Assembly (NCBI RefSeq): GCF_006345805.1
Contig: NC_043002.1
Span: 61,566,001-61,630,000 of the forward strand
Direction of reading: 5' to 3'
DNA length: 64,000 nt
Origin: Octopus sinensis
Lineage: Eukaryota
Part shown: positions 50,069 through 63,933 of the stretch, piece after piece
Layout: the number at the start of each line of letters is the position of its first letter
Position numbering within the stretch: the stretch's first letter is position 1
Translations under genes and position numbers: made by a program
Notes under the pieces: generated by a model
Databases searched by the model: none
Told to the model about the DNA's origin: nothing
What the model saw: only the letters and a program-made list of their open reading frames with translations

Positions 50069-51001
50069 TTAGTTTTCTGTAGTCGGCAGCGTATAGATAC
50101 TTTGTCTGTTCACCGCATCTTGCTTGGAACATATTTGTTTTAGATTATCCCGAAACGAATTACTTACTAGAAAATATAATATAAAGTTGATACCGTTATT
50201 AACACACGCTATCAAATCGAATAATAAAAGTATTGCATCATTAGTCTTTGATCCAAAAAGTTTTAGTAATGTGTAAATAGACACAGGGAAAGTTACTAAC
50301 AAAAATACACTATTAATTGTTATCACCAGGTAAATAGAATTTTTTGATTGTGACGTTAAACGTCGTTGGACATTCTGGCCGAGATTTGCGGGGTGGAGTA
50401 GTTTGTAAATCATGAGAATAGACATGATAAATAATAGTATAGCAGGTAGAAACGAATAAAGGAACATTGAAGCGCACGTTTGGTAAACAATATTGTTTAT
50501 AAATATTATAATCATTGCCAAGATGACGGCAATGCAGACGAGAAGACAAAACAGTACGATGAAAGGTTTATAACGTCCAGAGGAATAAAGTTTGGAAAGA
50601 GGACAAAAAATTGCTCCCAGGCGTTCAACTGATATTAATACTATAATCCAGGAGGAACAAATATTGAAAGCAAATGCAACGATTAGGTAAATTGGGTTGG
50701 TTAAAATACTGTTGTCTGGATCTGGTACGCTTAGTGAATTAGACGTCCAAATAATCATTGGGCAATTCAAACAGATCGAAATCATATCTGAAGAAACCAA
50801 ACATATGATGTATGGAACAATTTTATTCCGACGTATATCTTTCCTGCAAAATGTTGCGATGGCTGTAATATTTCCGATAGTTCCGAATGTTAATATCATT
50901 ATAGAACCAAATCTTATAGACATAATAAAATAGATATTTGTATCATTAACTCCTAGAGTAGTGTTTATCATTCTGTCCTGTTCCATTTCGTTCTTTTCCA
51001 T
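50069..51001 (-). CDS. Class A orphan GPCR, subfamily B (310 aa)
   Basis: FGTIGN, VSSDMISICLNCP, SSWIIVLISVERL, SFLP, VTFP, NNGINFILY, SNSFRDNL. Confidence 0.93.
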   Translation of the reverse strand: MEKNEMEQDRMINTTLGVNDTNIYFIMSIRFGSIMILTFGTIGNITAIATFCRKDIRRNKIVPYIICLVSSDMISICLNCPMIIWTSNSLSVPDPDNSILTNPIYLIVAFAFNICSSWIIVLISVERLGAIFCPLSKLYSSGRYKPFIVLFCLLVCIAVILAMIIIFINNIVYQTCASMFLYSFLPAILLFIMSILMIYKLLHPANLGQNVQRRLTSQSKNSIYLVITINSVFLLVTFPVSIYTLLKLFGSKTNDAILLLFDLIACVNNGINFILYFLVSNSFRDNLKQICSKQDAVNRQSIYTLPTTEN

Positions 51002-51504
51002 TATGCCACTAGCAGAACGTTCGTAGCTAAACTGAACAAAATTTTATATTTTGGTTTAATAATTACAAGTTTTCAGTTTTTATTCCCTATACATATGCGT
51101 CTGTACGTGTGTGTGCATATAAAGGTAAAATCCAAGGATCAATGTGTAGTAATAGATAGAAGATATAAGAATCTTATATCATTATATAGAGATCACGTAC
51201 TAACTTGTTGCGTATTCGATCAATATGCAATATATATATATTATAATATATATATATATATATATATATGATATAATATATATATATATATATATCAGCT
51301 CACTGTTTAAAAAAATGAAGATCATAATGGAATAGGGGCAAATAACTTTATGTCATACTCAAATGTTTGCCCAATCGAAGTTTATTTTTACCCAGAGAGT
51401 ACCTCTTCAGCATGGCCGACGTCAATGACTGAAACAATTAAATCCGTAAAATAGTATATATATATATATATATATATACATATACATACACACACAATAT
51501 AATA

Positions 51505-51573
<69 letters not shown>

Positions 51574-51597
51574 CATACACACACAAATATATATACG

Positions 51598-51654
<57 letters not shown>

Positions 51655-52611
51655 TGTGCTTGCACCACTGTTTGTGTCTGTATGTGTGTGCTGAAGCAAC
51701 TGAGCGGTTGGAACGATTGGACAATCTTCTTTATTAGAAGAATGCGTCTTCCTATGTGAAAACGTTAAAATATTTGTCAAATTAGTTTCTTTTTATTCTT
51801 AGTTTGTTAGTAAAATATCCTTGTATTGACACATTTCAAATTCTTGTAATCCAATTTTAGTTTACGTATAAAATGAATAATGCGTTAAAATCCGTGTTCT
51901 ATCACAAGCATGTTGTCCAATGACCCTCTTCGAATTTGGGTAACAGTTGCCTATGAAAAGTAAAAGATACAAGAAAAGGTTTATATAGATGTATGTATAT
52001 GAATGCACAGATAGTGAGAGAGAGAGCGGGGAGAGAAAGACAGGTAGTAATAGTAGAGGGAGAGACAAAGTTATAGAGACAAGTACCGGTAGAGAGTGAG
52101 AAAGTGAAATGTGAAGAGATAGGCTTGTCTTCACCGATTCATTTATACTACAGCTTCTTGAAGTAGGAGATATGTTAAATCACCTTGTAGTAATGATGAA
52201 GGGCTTGGTAAGATTATGATGGCAACAACCAGCAGTATGACTACGATTAATACCATAATGGAGATGATGACTATCATAAGAACTCCAATGTATATGGTGT
52301 TAGCTGTAGTTCAGGTGGTGGGGGTGATGGTTGTCGTGCTGGTGATACCATTACTGAGGAAGATGAGAGTTACAACAGAGAGAATATCGATGACTGTGGT
52401 TCACGTGAGGGAACAAGCATGTAATTATTACAAAATAAGCATTTCATGCACACAAACGCAATCCATAGAAATATATACATATCGACACAAACACACACAT
52501 ACATTAATACAAACACTCACACACACACACACATACATATATATATATTATATCTCTGTATGTATATATGTATGTATTTATATATGTATAATAATGTTTA
52601 TATATATATAT

Positions 52612-52703
<92 letters not shown>

Positions 52704-53599
52704 TACGTGTTTCTTTCTTCAAACAGTATATATTATCTTGTATAGTGCTTGGGGAGGGTCATTCTCTTGTAGTGACATATTACTTAACACACACCTCACC
52801 GGTTCGATTTCCACTCATTTATTTTATTTATCTTTTCTAAAATTTTCGTTGCGTCTTGCAAGGGTTTCAATAGTTTTGCTATTAACTTCGCCATATTAAC
52901 GAAGTGTTTCTTAATGAGTTTACGTAACACGATATGGTTTTGAAAATTCAGACCATTTATCGGATTAATGAGAATCGTGTCTTTGTGAAATTCAATAATC
53001 TTTGTTTTTAATTCATACGATTACAAAACGGAAGATGCATAGTAGCTGTTCAAAATTACACAAACACGAATTTCACATACCAATATATGTGTGCAACTGT
53101 TAGTTGCTTTAACTTGAACGTAGTAACACGGAGCAAATCATTTACAACTCCAAGATGTTGGGTTGATATATTTTGTATTATTTCGTTAGTTTACTTAAGA
53201 GGATCATCGTCTTTGAACGAGGAGGAATGTTAAACCATGATAATAATGGTTGTGGTAATGAATGGAGTGAATTAAATAATGAAGATGGCAATTAAGAAGA
53301 TAATGATGACAATAACCAGGAGTTTGAAGTAGTTTTGCGAAAGAGGTTCATTTAACAATGGCAGAGTGAAATGAATATTTCAGGGTGTCTCTTGCAAAAT
53401 TCATGTTTTTTTTTCCTATTTTACATCAGAGTTAACAATTCAAGTAATGCAAAAATAAACATAGTCAGATTTAGAGACAAACACAAAAACAGTCGCACAC
53501 GCCCGCACAAACATACACGCAGACACACACCCATACACACAGATATGCACACTCGCACAAACAAGCCCAGGCATACGTGTTCTTATATATATATATATA

Positions 53600-54050
53600 G
53601 CTTATGGTCCAATTCTGTTCAAGTCGTAGATTGGTTTACTTCTATTACTGATAAGGCCAACACTAAATTTATCCAATTCGATATATCTAGTTTCTATTCT
53701 TCAATCAACACAATTATACTTAATAAGGCCCTATGGTACGCACACAATAAGGCAGGCCTCTCCAGGGAGGAGATTAATGTGATATTGACTGCTAGGAAAT
53801 CTTTCATCCAGTTTGATAGCAAGTTGTGGGTCCGTAGAGATACTCCTAATGCGTTCGATGTACTAATGGGAAGTACAGACAGCGCCCAGATAGCCGATTT
53901 GGTCGGAATTTATATTCTTTATGAAATGGCCGACCAATTCCCAGACATCTGTGGAGGTCTTTATCGCGACGATTGTCTGCTTTACTTCCAAAACATTTCG
54001 AATAAAAAAATACAGAAGGTTAAGAACAGATTAGTTACTATCTATCTTTG
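53600..54050 (+). mobile_element. Penelope-like element reverse transcriptase fragment
   Basis: FIQFDISSFYSSI, FDVLMGSTDSAQIADLVGIYIL and GGLYRDDCL, the PLE-type RT motifs. Confidence 0.85.
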
Positions 54051-54342
54051 ACGTCAATTCTTCTAACGGTTTTTTTAAAAACACTCATTATCGTTTTGTT
54101 TACCATGTAGGCAGTCATCGAAATTTTTGTTTGTCTTGTTGTCGAGAGAGGCTCCCTCTCTTTCCTGATGAGAAGATTGCATAATGCACCCTTTAGTATC
54201 CACATAAATGACGTATACAAGGTGAATAGAAAATCAAAAGCGGCATATAATTACGAATATATAACCAAAAAAATATAAAGAGTGACAAAGATATACATGT
54301 AGATACTCACTGAAGCGGTGAAGAATTCAAATAACGAAAGGC

Positions 54343-55720
54343 TTAGTTCGTTGTAACCTACAGCGAATGCATCGTATTTCTCTTCATTGAAGACACTTTA
54401 CAGCATATTTGTTTGAAATTGCTGCGAAATGGTTTGTTTACTGTAACATAATGTAAAGTTAAAAACGTTATTCACACAGGATATCATATCCAAAAAGTGG
54501 ACTAAAGCCATATACATTTTATATAGGAGTGACATCACCACATAATAAACGGTTAAAGGTAAGGTTGTTAGCATAAAGAGCGAGTTTATTGCAATCACTT
54601 CATAAATGGTACTTGTTGACTGCTCTGAATGATTTCTTTGAACATGCTAACCGAGATGTTGTCGTTGGAGTCTTGTATATACTAGCAGAGTAGAATTGAT
54701 TATTAAAGCAAGAATGTATAAATGAAAAATGCAGCGCAAAATGTGTGCACATCATTCGTCAAAAATACTGCCAGCACTGCGCACGTAACGGCAACACGCA
54801 ATAATCAAGAACAGTACAAGGTAAGGTGTAGAGCGGTCAGAAGACGGAAATCTGGAAAGTGAACAATAAATTGTCCACAGACGTTCAATAGGGTAACGGT
54901 TATCCACAAGGAATACATTAATGTAAAAAAAAGATGCGATGAGCTCATATATTGTATTATGGAAAATATCTGTATGTAAAGTCAAATTCTAACTTAGTTA
55001 ATCTCCATAAGTTTCTGGGGAAATAAATACCAAGAATAATGAAATCTACAAGAACTAAACTATTAATAGGCGTAGGAGTGACTGTGTGGTAAGAGGCTTG
55101 CTTACGAACCACCTGGTTCCAGGTTCAGTCCTACTGCGTGGCACCTTAGGCAAGTGTCTTTTACTATAGCCTCGGGCTGACCAGAGCCTTGTGAGTGGAT
55201 TGGGTAGACGGAAACTGAAAGAAGCACGTCGTATATATATATATATTATATATATAAATGTATATATATATATATATATTATATAATATATATATATATA
55301 TATATATCTATATGTGCATGTATATGTTTGTGTATGTGTTTGTCCCCTCCAACATCGTTTGACAACCGGTGGTGGTATGTTTACGTCCCCGTCACTTAGC
55401 AGTTAGGCAAAAGAGACCGATAGAATAAGTATTGGGCTTACAAAGAATAAGTCCTGGGGTCTATTTGCTCAACTAAAGCGGTGTTCCAGCATGGCCACAA
55501 ACACAGGACTGAAACAAGTCAAAGAGTAAAAGAGTAACTAAAGTGTGGAGAAAATTTAATCTGATGAATTTTTCCCTGAAAAATATTGCAAAACTTTTAG
55601 ATTCCCGACATATTTAAATCTCAATGAAATTGTTCAAATATATAATATAGTTCTGAGGAAATGTATACTTGCATTGTCTACTTACTGTTGATCGTTTCAT
55701 TCATTGGTGTCTTGTTAATA
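54343..55720 (-). pseudogene. GPCR subfamily A pseudogene, split in TM2 by a SINE
   Basis: Fragments 54398-54598 (INSLFMLTTLP..NNVFNF) and 54752-54985; 5' part at 55536-55720; ancestral ATG is now ATT; several frameshifts and stops. Confidence 0.88.
55068..55535 (+). mobile_element. tRNA-derived SINE (18529 family) inserted in the GPCR pseudogene
   Basis: Full head, microsatellite core and tail; AACTAAA occurs on both sides as a possible TSD remnant. Confidence 0.9.
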
Positions 55721-56436
55721 TTTTCTTCCAAGTCATAATTCGGCAACGATCTCATCGTTTTAGCAAATGGATTCAAGTCGTCTTCTGAGACAAATTTTAA
55801 ACGTCCCTGTACAAATCTTTGTCTTGCTGTGCATATTACCGTATGATACACCTATTTCTCACCCGTACTAATATTTTTCAAATGAAAAAGGAAAATGCAT
55901 GTATGTGTGTATGTATGTATGTGTGTATGTATGTATGTATGTATGTAGTATGCATGTATGTATGTATGTGTTTATGGGCGAATTTGCTCTGTTAATAATA
56001 TAAATAGTTATTTATCTATATATATCGTCCGAAAATATTTAACCTTTGATTTCTCTCTATTTACATGTAAACATGTATATAAATTCTGTCTATCAATTTC
56101 AAGCTGCTTTATTTATTTCTTCAGATATATGTATGTATGTATGTTTGTATGTATGTATGTATGTATGTATGTATGTATGTATGTATGTATGTATGTATGT
56201 ATGTATGTTTGAATGTATGTGTATCTGTGATAATGCAGTTGCTGCTGCTGATGATGATGATGAAAATGATGGCGCTAATTTTCTTGTTGCTGTTGGGGGA
56301 AATTGGGGTTGGTGAATATCATGACTGACTACAACAATGGCAATTAAATATTATTGATGATTAATCTCATCCTTAGATAATTTTTGATATAACAGTTCTA
56401 ACAAAATCTTTAGTGATGTGACATAAAATGAATAAA

Positions 56437-56520
56437 GAATCAATACGAGATTTGATTACAAAAACCTAGATTACTTCCTGCCAAAGTCTTAACGGCTGTT
56501 AAATTGCTGTAGCAGATCAA
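56437..56520 (-). promoter_or_regulatory. A-type upstream module
   Basis: ATCAAT 56439-56444, ACTTCCTG 56473-56480. Confidence 0.5.
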
Positions 56521-57381
56521 TTGCTGTCTTACATTTAGCTCACGCAAACGCACGCACATACACACACGCACACACACATGCACGCACACACACACCCACA
56601 CACCCACACACACACACATACACACACACACACATTCAAATGATAATTAGACATTGCAGAAAAAAGCATAGAATGTTTCTACACAAATTTTGTCCTGAAG
56701 AGAACATATTTAAAATAATATTCGAATAAATAATTTTATTCCATGTTTTTAGGCATGTGTAAATGAAACTATAGGGTCATGTTTGACATAGTAAATAATT
56801 TCAGGTAATACATTTTTCGGGATGTATAATAGTTTATTATTCATAAGGCAATTTTCACATACGTATGTAAAAGGGAAATAGAGCAAAGTTCAGACATTGC
56901 ATCGAATATTCCGTATAACAAAATATTAGTGAGTAAAATAACCGGTATTTTTTCCGACCAAAGGAGAAGTAATGTATAAAAGCATACATGGTACATACAC
57001 ATATATATTATATACACAGTTATAAGTAGCTATACACCCACGCGCACTAACACACACATACATAAATAATTGTATATACTTAAGTGCTCGATATATATGT
57101 GTATATGTGTATATATGTAAGTGCTCGATATATTTGAAATTTTGATTTAATCAGACAAACGACCAAGCATACTTTGGTGCAGATATATAGGGGGGGGGGG
57201 GTTATGCATAGAAATATGGGATTTATGATGCGTTTAAACTGTAACGCAATCAGAAAATGATATACTTACATGCACTATATATATGCGCTATATGTACTAG
57301 ATAACGTTGATATGTTTCCACCACAGATTGGTCCAGGTCATGTCTATCTTAACAGCACCATATATATACATATCTACCTAC

Positions 57382-57425
<44 letters not shown>

Positions 57426-57508
57426 ATATATATATATGTTTATATATATATATATACATACATGCATACATGTATGTATGCATGCATGCATCTATATATG
57501 TATACATA

Positions 57509-57745
57509 TAATTAAGGGTTTAGCAAAAAGTTGCTTCACCATACACCGAAAATTTAGAAATAGCAGCCAAAAGACAGCTAATTCTTTTAACTACAAATAT
57601 GACTCCACAGACAACAATATTTGTAACTCACATAGGCAAAAAGAAGACAAAATAACGAAATCAAACACTCTACGATTAATTTATGGTGCGTTTCTGGATT
57701 AGAAGTATACAAAATCATTTCCTTCATCGGTATAATATTTCGAGA
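57509..57745 (-). mobile_element. Decayed hammerhead-bearing element with the conserved 3' tail
   Basis: Minus strand CCGATGA..CCA-GAAA-CGCACC (core mutated), then tail TTGGCTGCTATTTCTAAATTTTCGGTGTATGGTGAAGCAACTTTTTGCTAAACCCTTAATTA. Confidence 0.55.
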
Positions 57746-57944
57746 ATTTGAAAATGCTAAAGACCATCGAAACATAACACAAGGTACTCAACATATCCAA
57801 ATATTTATAGACGAGAGATTTGATATTTTCCCTCCAAGATTACCATGTGCGTCATATGTACCGCAGAAAAAATTGCAGTTTGCCACCAGAGAGTGAAATA
57901 ATCATTACAGATATATATATATATATATATATAATATAATATAG

Positions 57945-57975
<31 letters not shown>

Positions 57976-58413
57976 ATATAATATATCATATATATATATA
58001 TATCTATATATATATAATATATATATATTCTGAGAATGGAGTAATTGGAGCGAGAACCTACACGAAAACGAAAAGTGTCGTTGAAGAGATGACAGATGTG
58101 TGACGAAACATTTCTGGACAATGCATATGTGTTAAAATAATAAAATATGAACAGTCGTAAACAAGTGAAGGTAAAAGTATATGGTGCGTTTCTCTGTTTG
58201 TCAAAGCAAAAAAACCCCAAAAAAACATCCTAAAATACAACAATATCTCTTTCAACACACATCGGGTATATTGCAACATAAATTGATAAACACACACACA
58301 CTCATATGCATACATATATAGAGATTATACAGTTGTACTTGATTGAAAGAGACAATGATATAATTGATGTTTCGTTAAGTTATTATATTATGTGTAAATA
58401 AGGCGAAAGTACT

Positions 58414-59268
58414 TTAATTTCCTATGCTCGGCAGCGTATAAACACTTCTTCTATGAACATCAGTGTGCTTAAAACATATTTTTCTCAAATTGTTGCGAAA
58501 TGATTTACTTACCAAAACATATAATATAAAGTTGATACCGTTATTAACACACGCTATCATATCAAGTAACAAAAATATATTCTTCTTACTTTTGGAGTTC
58601 AAAAAACTTAGAATCGCGTAAATAGACAAAGGGAAGGTTGTCAACAAAAACACACTGTTAATTGTTATCACGAGGTAAATTGAATTTTTCGATTGCGATG
58701 TACATCTTCTTTGGATGTTCTGGCCAAGATTTGAAGGTTGCAGTATTTTATAAATCATGAGAGTAGACATGATGACCAATAACGTAGCGGGTGCGAACGA
58801 ATAAAGGAGAAATGCAGCGCACATTCGGTAACCGAAATTGTTTATAAATATTATTATCATTGCGTAAGTTACAGCAACGGAGACAAGAAGAAAAAACAGT
58901 ACAATGAAAGGTTTATAACACCCAGAAGAATGTAGTTTGGAAAAGGGGGAAAAAATGGCGACCAGGCGTTCAGCTGATATTACTACAGTAATCCAGGACG
59001 AAAACATGTTCAAACCAAATGATATCACTCTGTATGTTTGACTGGTTAAAATACTCTTTTGTGGAGTCTGCAATTCTAATGAATGAGATTCCCATATGAT
59101 TCTTGGACAATTTAAACAAATGGAAATCATATCTACAGAAACTAAACATAGAATATATGGAACGACTTTATTCTGACGCATATTCTTCTGGCAAAATGTT
59201 GCAATGGCCATTATATTCCCGATCGTCCCAAATATTAATATCATTATACAACCATATCTTATTGACAT
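58414..59268 (-). CDS. Class A orphan GPCR, subfamily B; open frame but both homologous start codons lost (first ATG at 59268 gives 284 aa; CTG at 59316 would give 300 aa)
   Basis: All 7TM motifs intact (FGTIGN, VDMISICLNCP, ISAERL, SFAP, TTFP, NNGINFILY). The in-frame upstream region, back to a TAA at 59350-59352, has no ATG. Confidence 0.8.
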   Translation of the reverse strand: MSIRYGCIMILIFGTIGNIMAIATFCQKNMRQNKVVPYILCLVSVDMISICLNCPRIIWESHSLELQTPQKSILTSQTYRVISFGLNMFSSWITVVISAERLVAIFSPFSKLHSSGCYKPFIVLFFLLVSVAVTYAMIIIFINNFGYRMCAAFLLYSFAPATLLVIMSTLMIYKILQPSNLGQNIQRRCTSQSKNSIYLVITINSVFLLTTFPLSIYAILSFLNSKSKKNIFLLLDMIACVNNGINFILYVLVSKSFRNNLRKICFKHTDVHRRSVYTLPSIGN

Positions 59269-59740
59269 AATGAAATAAATTATTGTATAATTAACATTCA
59301 AGCTACTGTAGGTCAGAGGATCCTGTTCCGTTATGGGTTTTCCAATATATTACTCGAAGAAGATTCCTGGCAAATCCTTCATTTTCATTTTGTTTTACCA
59401 TTTATCACTTATGCTTTCGTAACACCTATAAAACTATAATCGTAATCACTGATAATTGTCCAGTATATGAAAATAGCCAAGCATATAAATGTTTATTTAT
59501 ATCTTTCTATTAATATAAATATTCTCCGTATAGAATGCCTTTCGTAGTGCAAAGAGATTTAAACTTTAGCGGGTAGAGGGACAAATAGACTCCTAAATCT
59601 CTTATTCAACAGCGTTAATTCCTGATATCATTTCCATTCTTTGTAAGACGGACCTTTTATATATAAACATATGTATTTTTTGTACTAAACGTATGTAATA
59701 ATTCTTTTTTGTATATCGACTTGCATATACTTACGTCTCT

Positions 59741-59773
<33 letters not shown>

Positions 59774-59999
59774 ATATATATATTATATATTAATATATAT
59801 ATATATATATATATATAGATATATAAGTATAAACAATATTTCTGTATTGTGGGTATTGAATCTGCTGAACTGAACAAACTTGCGTATCAGGTGAATAGTT
59901 GTTCCGATATAGATATTTTTGTCATGGTTTGTACCATTTATTTATAAAGTTGTACGTATGTATGTATGTATGTATGTATGTATATGTGTGTATATAGTG

Positions 60000-60038
<39 letters not shown>

Positions 60039-60338
60039 TGTGTGTGTGTGGTGTGTGGTGTGTATATATAGAATATATATATATATATACACAGGAATAA
60101 ACGCATATATATTGACTGCACAGAAAGGGGGAGAGAGAGACTGACAATGTGGTAGTGACAGAAATCTATATAGACTGGATAGATTAAAAGACAAGGAGAC
60201 GTGTTGAGTGAGAGCGAAACTGAAACAGCAAGATATAAAGAAAAGACATTGATTGGTCTCTTTTCATTGGTTCATTTCTAATACATCTTCTGTTAGTATG
60301 TATATTGAATCCTGATAATCATAACAGTAACGATGGTC

Positions 60339-60403
<65 letters not shown>

Positions 60404-60572
60404 ATAGATAGATAGGTAGATAGATAGATAGCTAGATAGATAGATAGACCTCGGCGGAATTTGAACTCAGAACCTAACGACAGACAAAATACGGTGTACT
60501 AACGTTTCTGCCAGCTCACATACTTACACACACATATATATACATACATATATATATGCATATATATATATA

Positions 60573-60609
<37 letters not shown>

Positions 60610-60622
60610 ACACAAATATATG

Positions 60623-60672
<50 letters not shown>

Positions 60673-60760
60673 ATGTGTGTGTGTTTTTGTGTATACATAA
60701 ATAGAGGCAATTGCATATAATACATGTATATACATCCCTATTTATCTATATCTATATCTC

Positions 60761-60829
<69 letters not shown>

Positions 60830-61789
60830 ATATATATATATATATATATATACATAGACCAAGATCAATATCAAAATCCTTAGATATATATATATATTTA
60901 TTTATCGTGACACACTTTAGACACTATAGACACACTTTCTGTGCCCTATCAGTATTTGCAAAGGGAAGCCATACTTCCCGTCGTTAACTTATGATACATA
61001 CGGACTCAAGTTTCTGTGTATTGACCCCTCATCGTCGTGTGACAATCACAGTTGTCGATGGGAAGTAGGCTCCCTTCACAAATACTTATACCTTTTTCCA
61101 GTATCGATAGACACTGATATCGAAAAAGTGTAAACAAGCAATAATAAATCTCAGAGCGAGTTATAAACAGTAGCTACAACACATCGTAGTAACATTCATG
61201 CTTTCGTGAATTTCAATAAAAATTTCATTCATAAGATCACTGCGTGGAAGACACATGTTTCTCATTTAACTCAAGCACAAGTTATATCTGTGATGCTTGA
61301 TTCTGCCATATATGACATAATTCTTTTAATTGCAAGAACACTGCCGCAAATAAATGAAACGCCAGGCAAGAAGGTCTTCGAGATATTTAGTTAGTTTATT
61401 AAGTATATTACTTCTCAAATCAGTTCTAATTTACCATCATCTTCCCTCCGCCTTTATGGGCTTATGCGCAAGAGATTCATTTAACAGTGACATGGCAAAA
61501 AATGTATTTCAGGGAACAATTTTAAAATTTTCTACCGTTTGCTGTATTGCATCAGACGAATGAATTTCAATAATCTAAAATAAACATATTCCGATTTAGA
61601 CACAAACACGTAAGCATACACACATGCACACGCTCAAAGAATACATATGCATACGCACACACGCACAAACACAAACTATCAAGGTGGCTATTCGCAATTT
61701 CCAATCGAAAGGCGACAAGTATAGTCGTCACTAACGTGATGGAGGCTGCTAGTGAGCACCAGTATTGCTAGAAATAAGAGTCAAGACAG

Positions 61790-61869
61790 CTCAATCGTGT
61801 GGATATGTGGTAAGTAGCTTACTTACCAACCACATGGTACCGGGTGTAATCCGTTCCACTGTGTGGCAG

Positions 61870-61921
<52 letters not shown>

Positions 61922-62170
61922 ATGCGTGTATGTGTGTATGTATGTGTGAATATATGTATATATGTTTGTGTGTGTGTGTTTATCACCCCCCACCATCGCT
62001 TGACAACAGATCCTGGTGTGTTTACTCCACCGTAACTGAACAGTTCAGCAAAAGAGAACGATAGAATAAGTAGCAAACTTACAAAGAATAAACCTGGGGG
62101 GCGATTTGGTCGACTAACGGGGGTGCCCCAGCATGGCCGCAGTCAAATTACTGAAACAAGTAAAAGAACA
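61790..62170 (+). mobile_element. Degenerate tRNA-SINE (18529 family)
   Basis: Head GTGTGGTAAGTAGCTT..AACCACATGG; tail GGTGCCCCAGCATGGCCGCAGTCAAAT.ACTGAAACAAGTAAAAG. Confidence 0.8.
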
Positions 62171-62639
62171 TATAATTACACACACACACACACACATATA
62201 CATATATATATATATACATGTATGTATGTATGTATGTATGTATGTATGTATGTATGTATGTATGTATGTATGCATCTATACTATAATGCAGAAAGCTGCT
62301 TATTATTCAAGTATGTAACAGTTACTAAAAGCACTAAAAGAAAGCAATTATTAAAAGCTTTGCAATTTTCTCTTTTTTTTGTATAAATTCATATTCCAAG
62401 AAATTTTCTATGAATTCGATTTCTGAACTTTATTGGATTTTTGAACTCCAATTTTAAATATTCGTTGTATTGACTGTGGTGTTTTCCGTCTTCATTTACA
62501 AAACTTCTCATTCTTTAGTTCAATGTTTTCATTTGAAGTTCTAATTTGCTATTTTGAAAACCCTGTTTATTCTATATATGTAATGTAAAAGTATTATTTA
62601 TTGAATTCAAATTTTTTAATATACCTGTATAATCTTTGT

Positions 62640-62901
62640 AAAAACCATTCAAGAAGTGATTTTGTTTTTATAGCCGTTTGGAACGCTATAAGCCTTGGAA
62701 TAATAATTATCTGGGCCGATTTTGGCCATTTTTTAAAATTAAAACGATGGGAGGAGGCTTTTTGGTAAAAATAAATGTAAATATTTCACAGGAAATGATG
62801 AACAGTGCAAGGGAGGTTTGGCTGGTTATTGATATACCAGTATAATCTTTATAGAGAAACAGTAAAATAATTACCCGATCAACGACGGGTATTACTGCTA
62901 G
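62640..62901 (+). mobile_element. Helitron-like 3' end
   Basis: Hairpin TACCCG(62872-62877)/CGGGTA(62886-62891), then CTAG (62898-62901) followed by T. The 5' boundary is approximate. Confidence 0.7.
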
Positions 62902-63054
62902 TACATATATATTATATATATATATATATAAAGCGTGAAACTCATTGAGTAATATATTGTTCTATACACAATCATACAAACCAGGATATCTATCTATCTA
63001 TCTATCTATCTATTCATCCATCCGTCCATCTCTCTCTATCTCTCTCTCTATCTC

Positions 63055-63131
<77 letters not shown>

Positions 63132-63259
63132 ATCTATCTACTTGTCTGTCTATCTGTATATGTTATATTATATCATATTATAATCTTATATATTATACTG
63201 TTATATTTTATCATATCATATTATATGTGTATGTATGTATTTATACCTGCATGCACCTG

Positions 63260-63660
63260 TAGAGATGAAGCTGTATTCAGAAGAGGCTAGCTTTACTGGA
63301 TGAGTTCCACTGCTGCTGTGCATATTATTGAGTTTACAATGACAAAGACGTTTGTGTTGGTGATGACGACGACGATAATGATTTTAAGAAGGATGATGAT
63401 AATAGAGTTGTCATCGTTGTTGCTGGTCGTCGGAAGTGGGAGTGGAGAATATCATATTTAATTTTATTACGGTTAAATAACACTGATGATTTTACCCGTC
63501 CTTTGATGTATTTTGATAAAAGTGTTCTAGCAAAATCTTCAGTGATATGACGTAAAACAATTAATGAATCCATATGAGTTTTGATTACAAACATAGATTA
63601 CTTCCTGCTACAGACTTAACGACTGTTAATTTTCTGTACAGATCCATTATTGTCTTACAA
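63260..63660 (-). promoter_or_regulatory. Orphan A-type upstream module (no A gene downstream)
   Basis: Colinear with 56200-56520; ACTTCCTG at 63600-63607; ATCRAT is degraded to ATCCAT (63568-63573). I found no GPCR remnant between 59.4 and 63.2 kb. Confidence 0.6.
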
Positions 63661-63882
63661 TAATCTGTTGCAAGCTGGAGCAAAACTTTACAAGTCTTAT
63701 TTACAGCCATTGAAATATTTTTAAATATGTTGATATGGAGATATCAAACCTAGAATTATAGCCGATATACGTGTGTTGGTGTGTTGGTGCATTAAATTAT
63801 TATCCCAAGACAATTCATGCATTTTCAGACATTTGTATTCTACCTTTTGATATTCTACACTAGAAAGGCATTGACGATGCGA

Positions 63883-63933
<51 letters not shown>

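Noticed and set aside
52216-52899. 227-aa ORF (and similar 46958-47506, 20595-20900)
   Set aside because: Built from (GAT)n-rich tracts and (TA)/(CA) repeats; no domain.
58070-58125. TTGAAGA...GAAACATTTC hammerhead-like remnant
   Set aside because: C3 is mutated and the stems are weak; it cannot be distinguished from chance.
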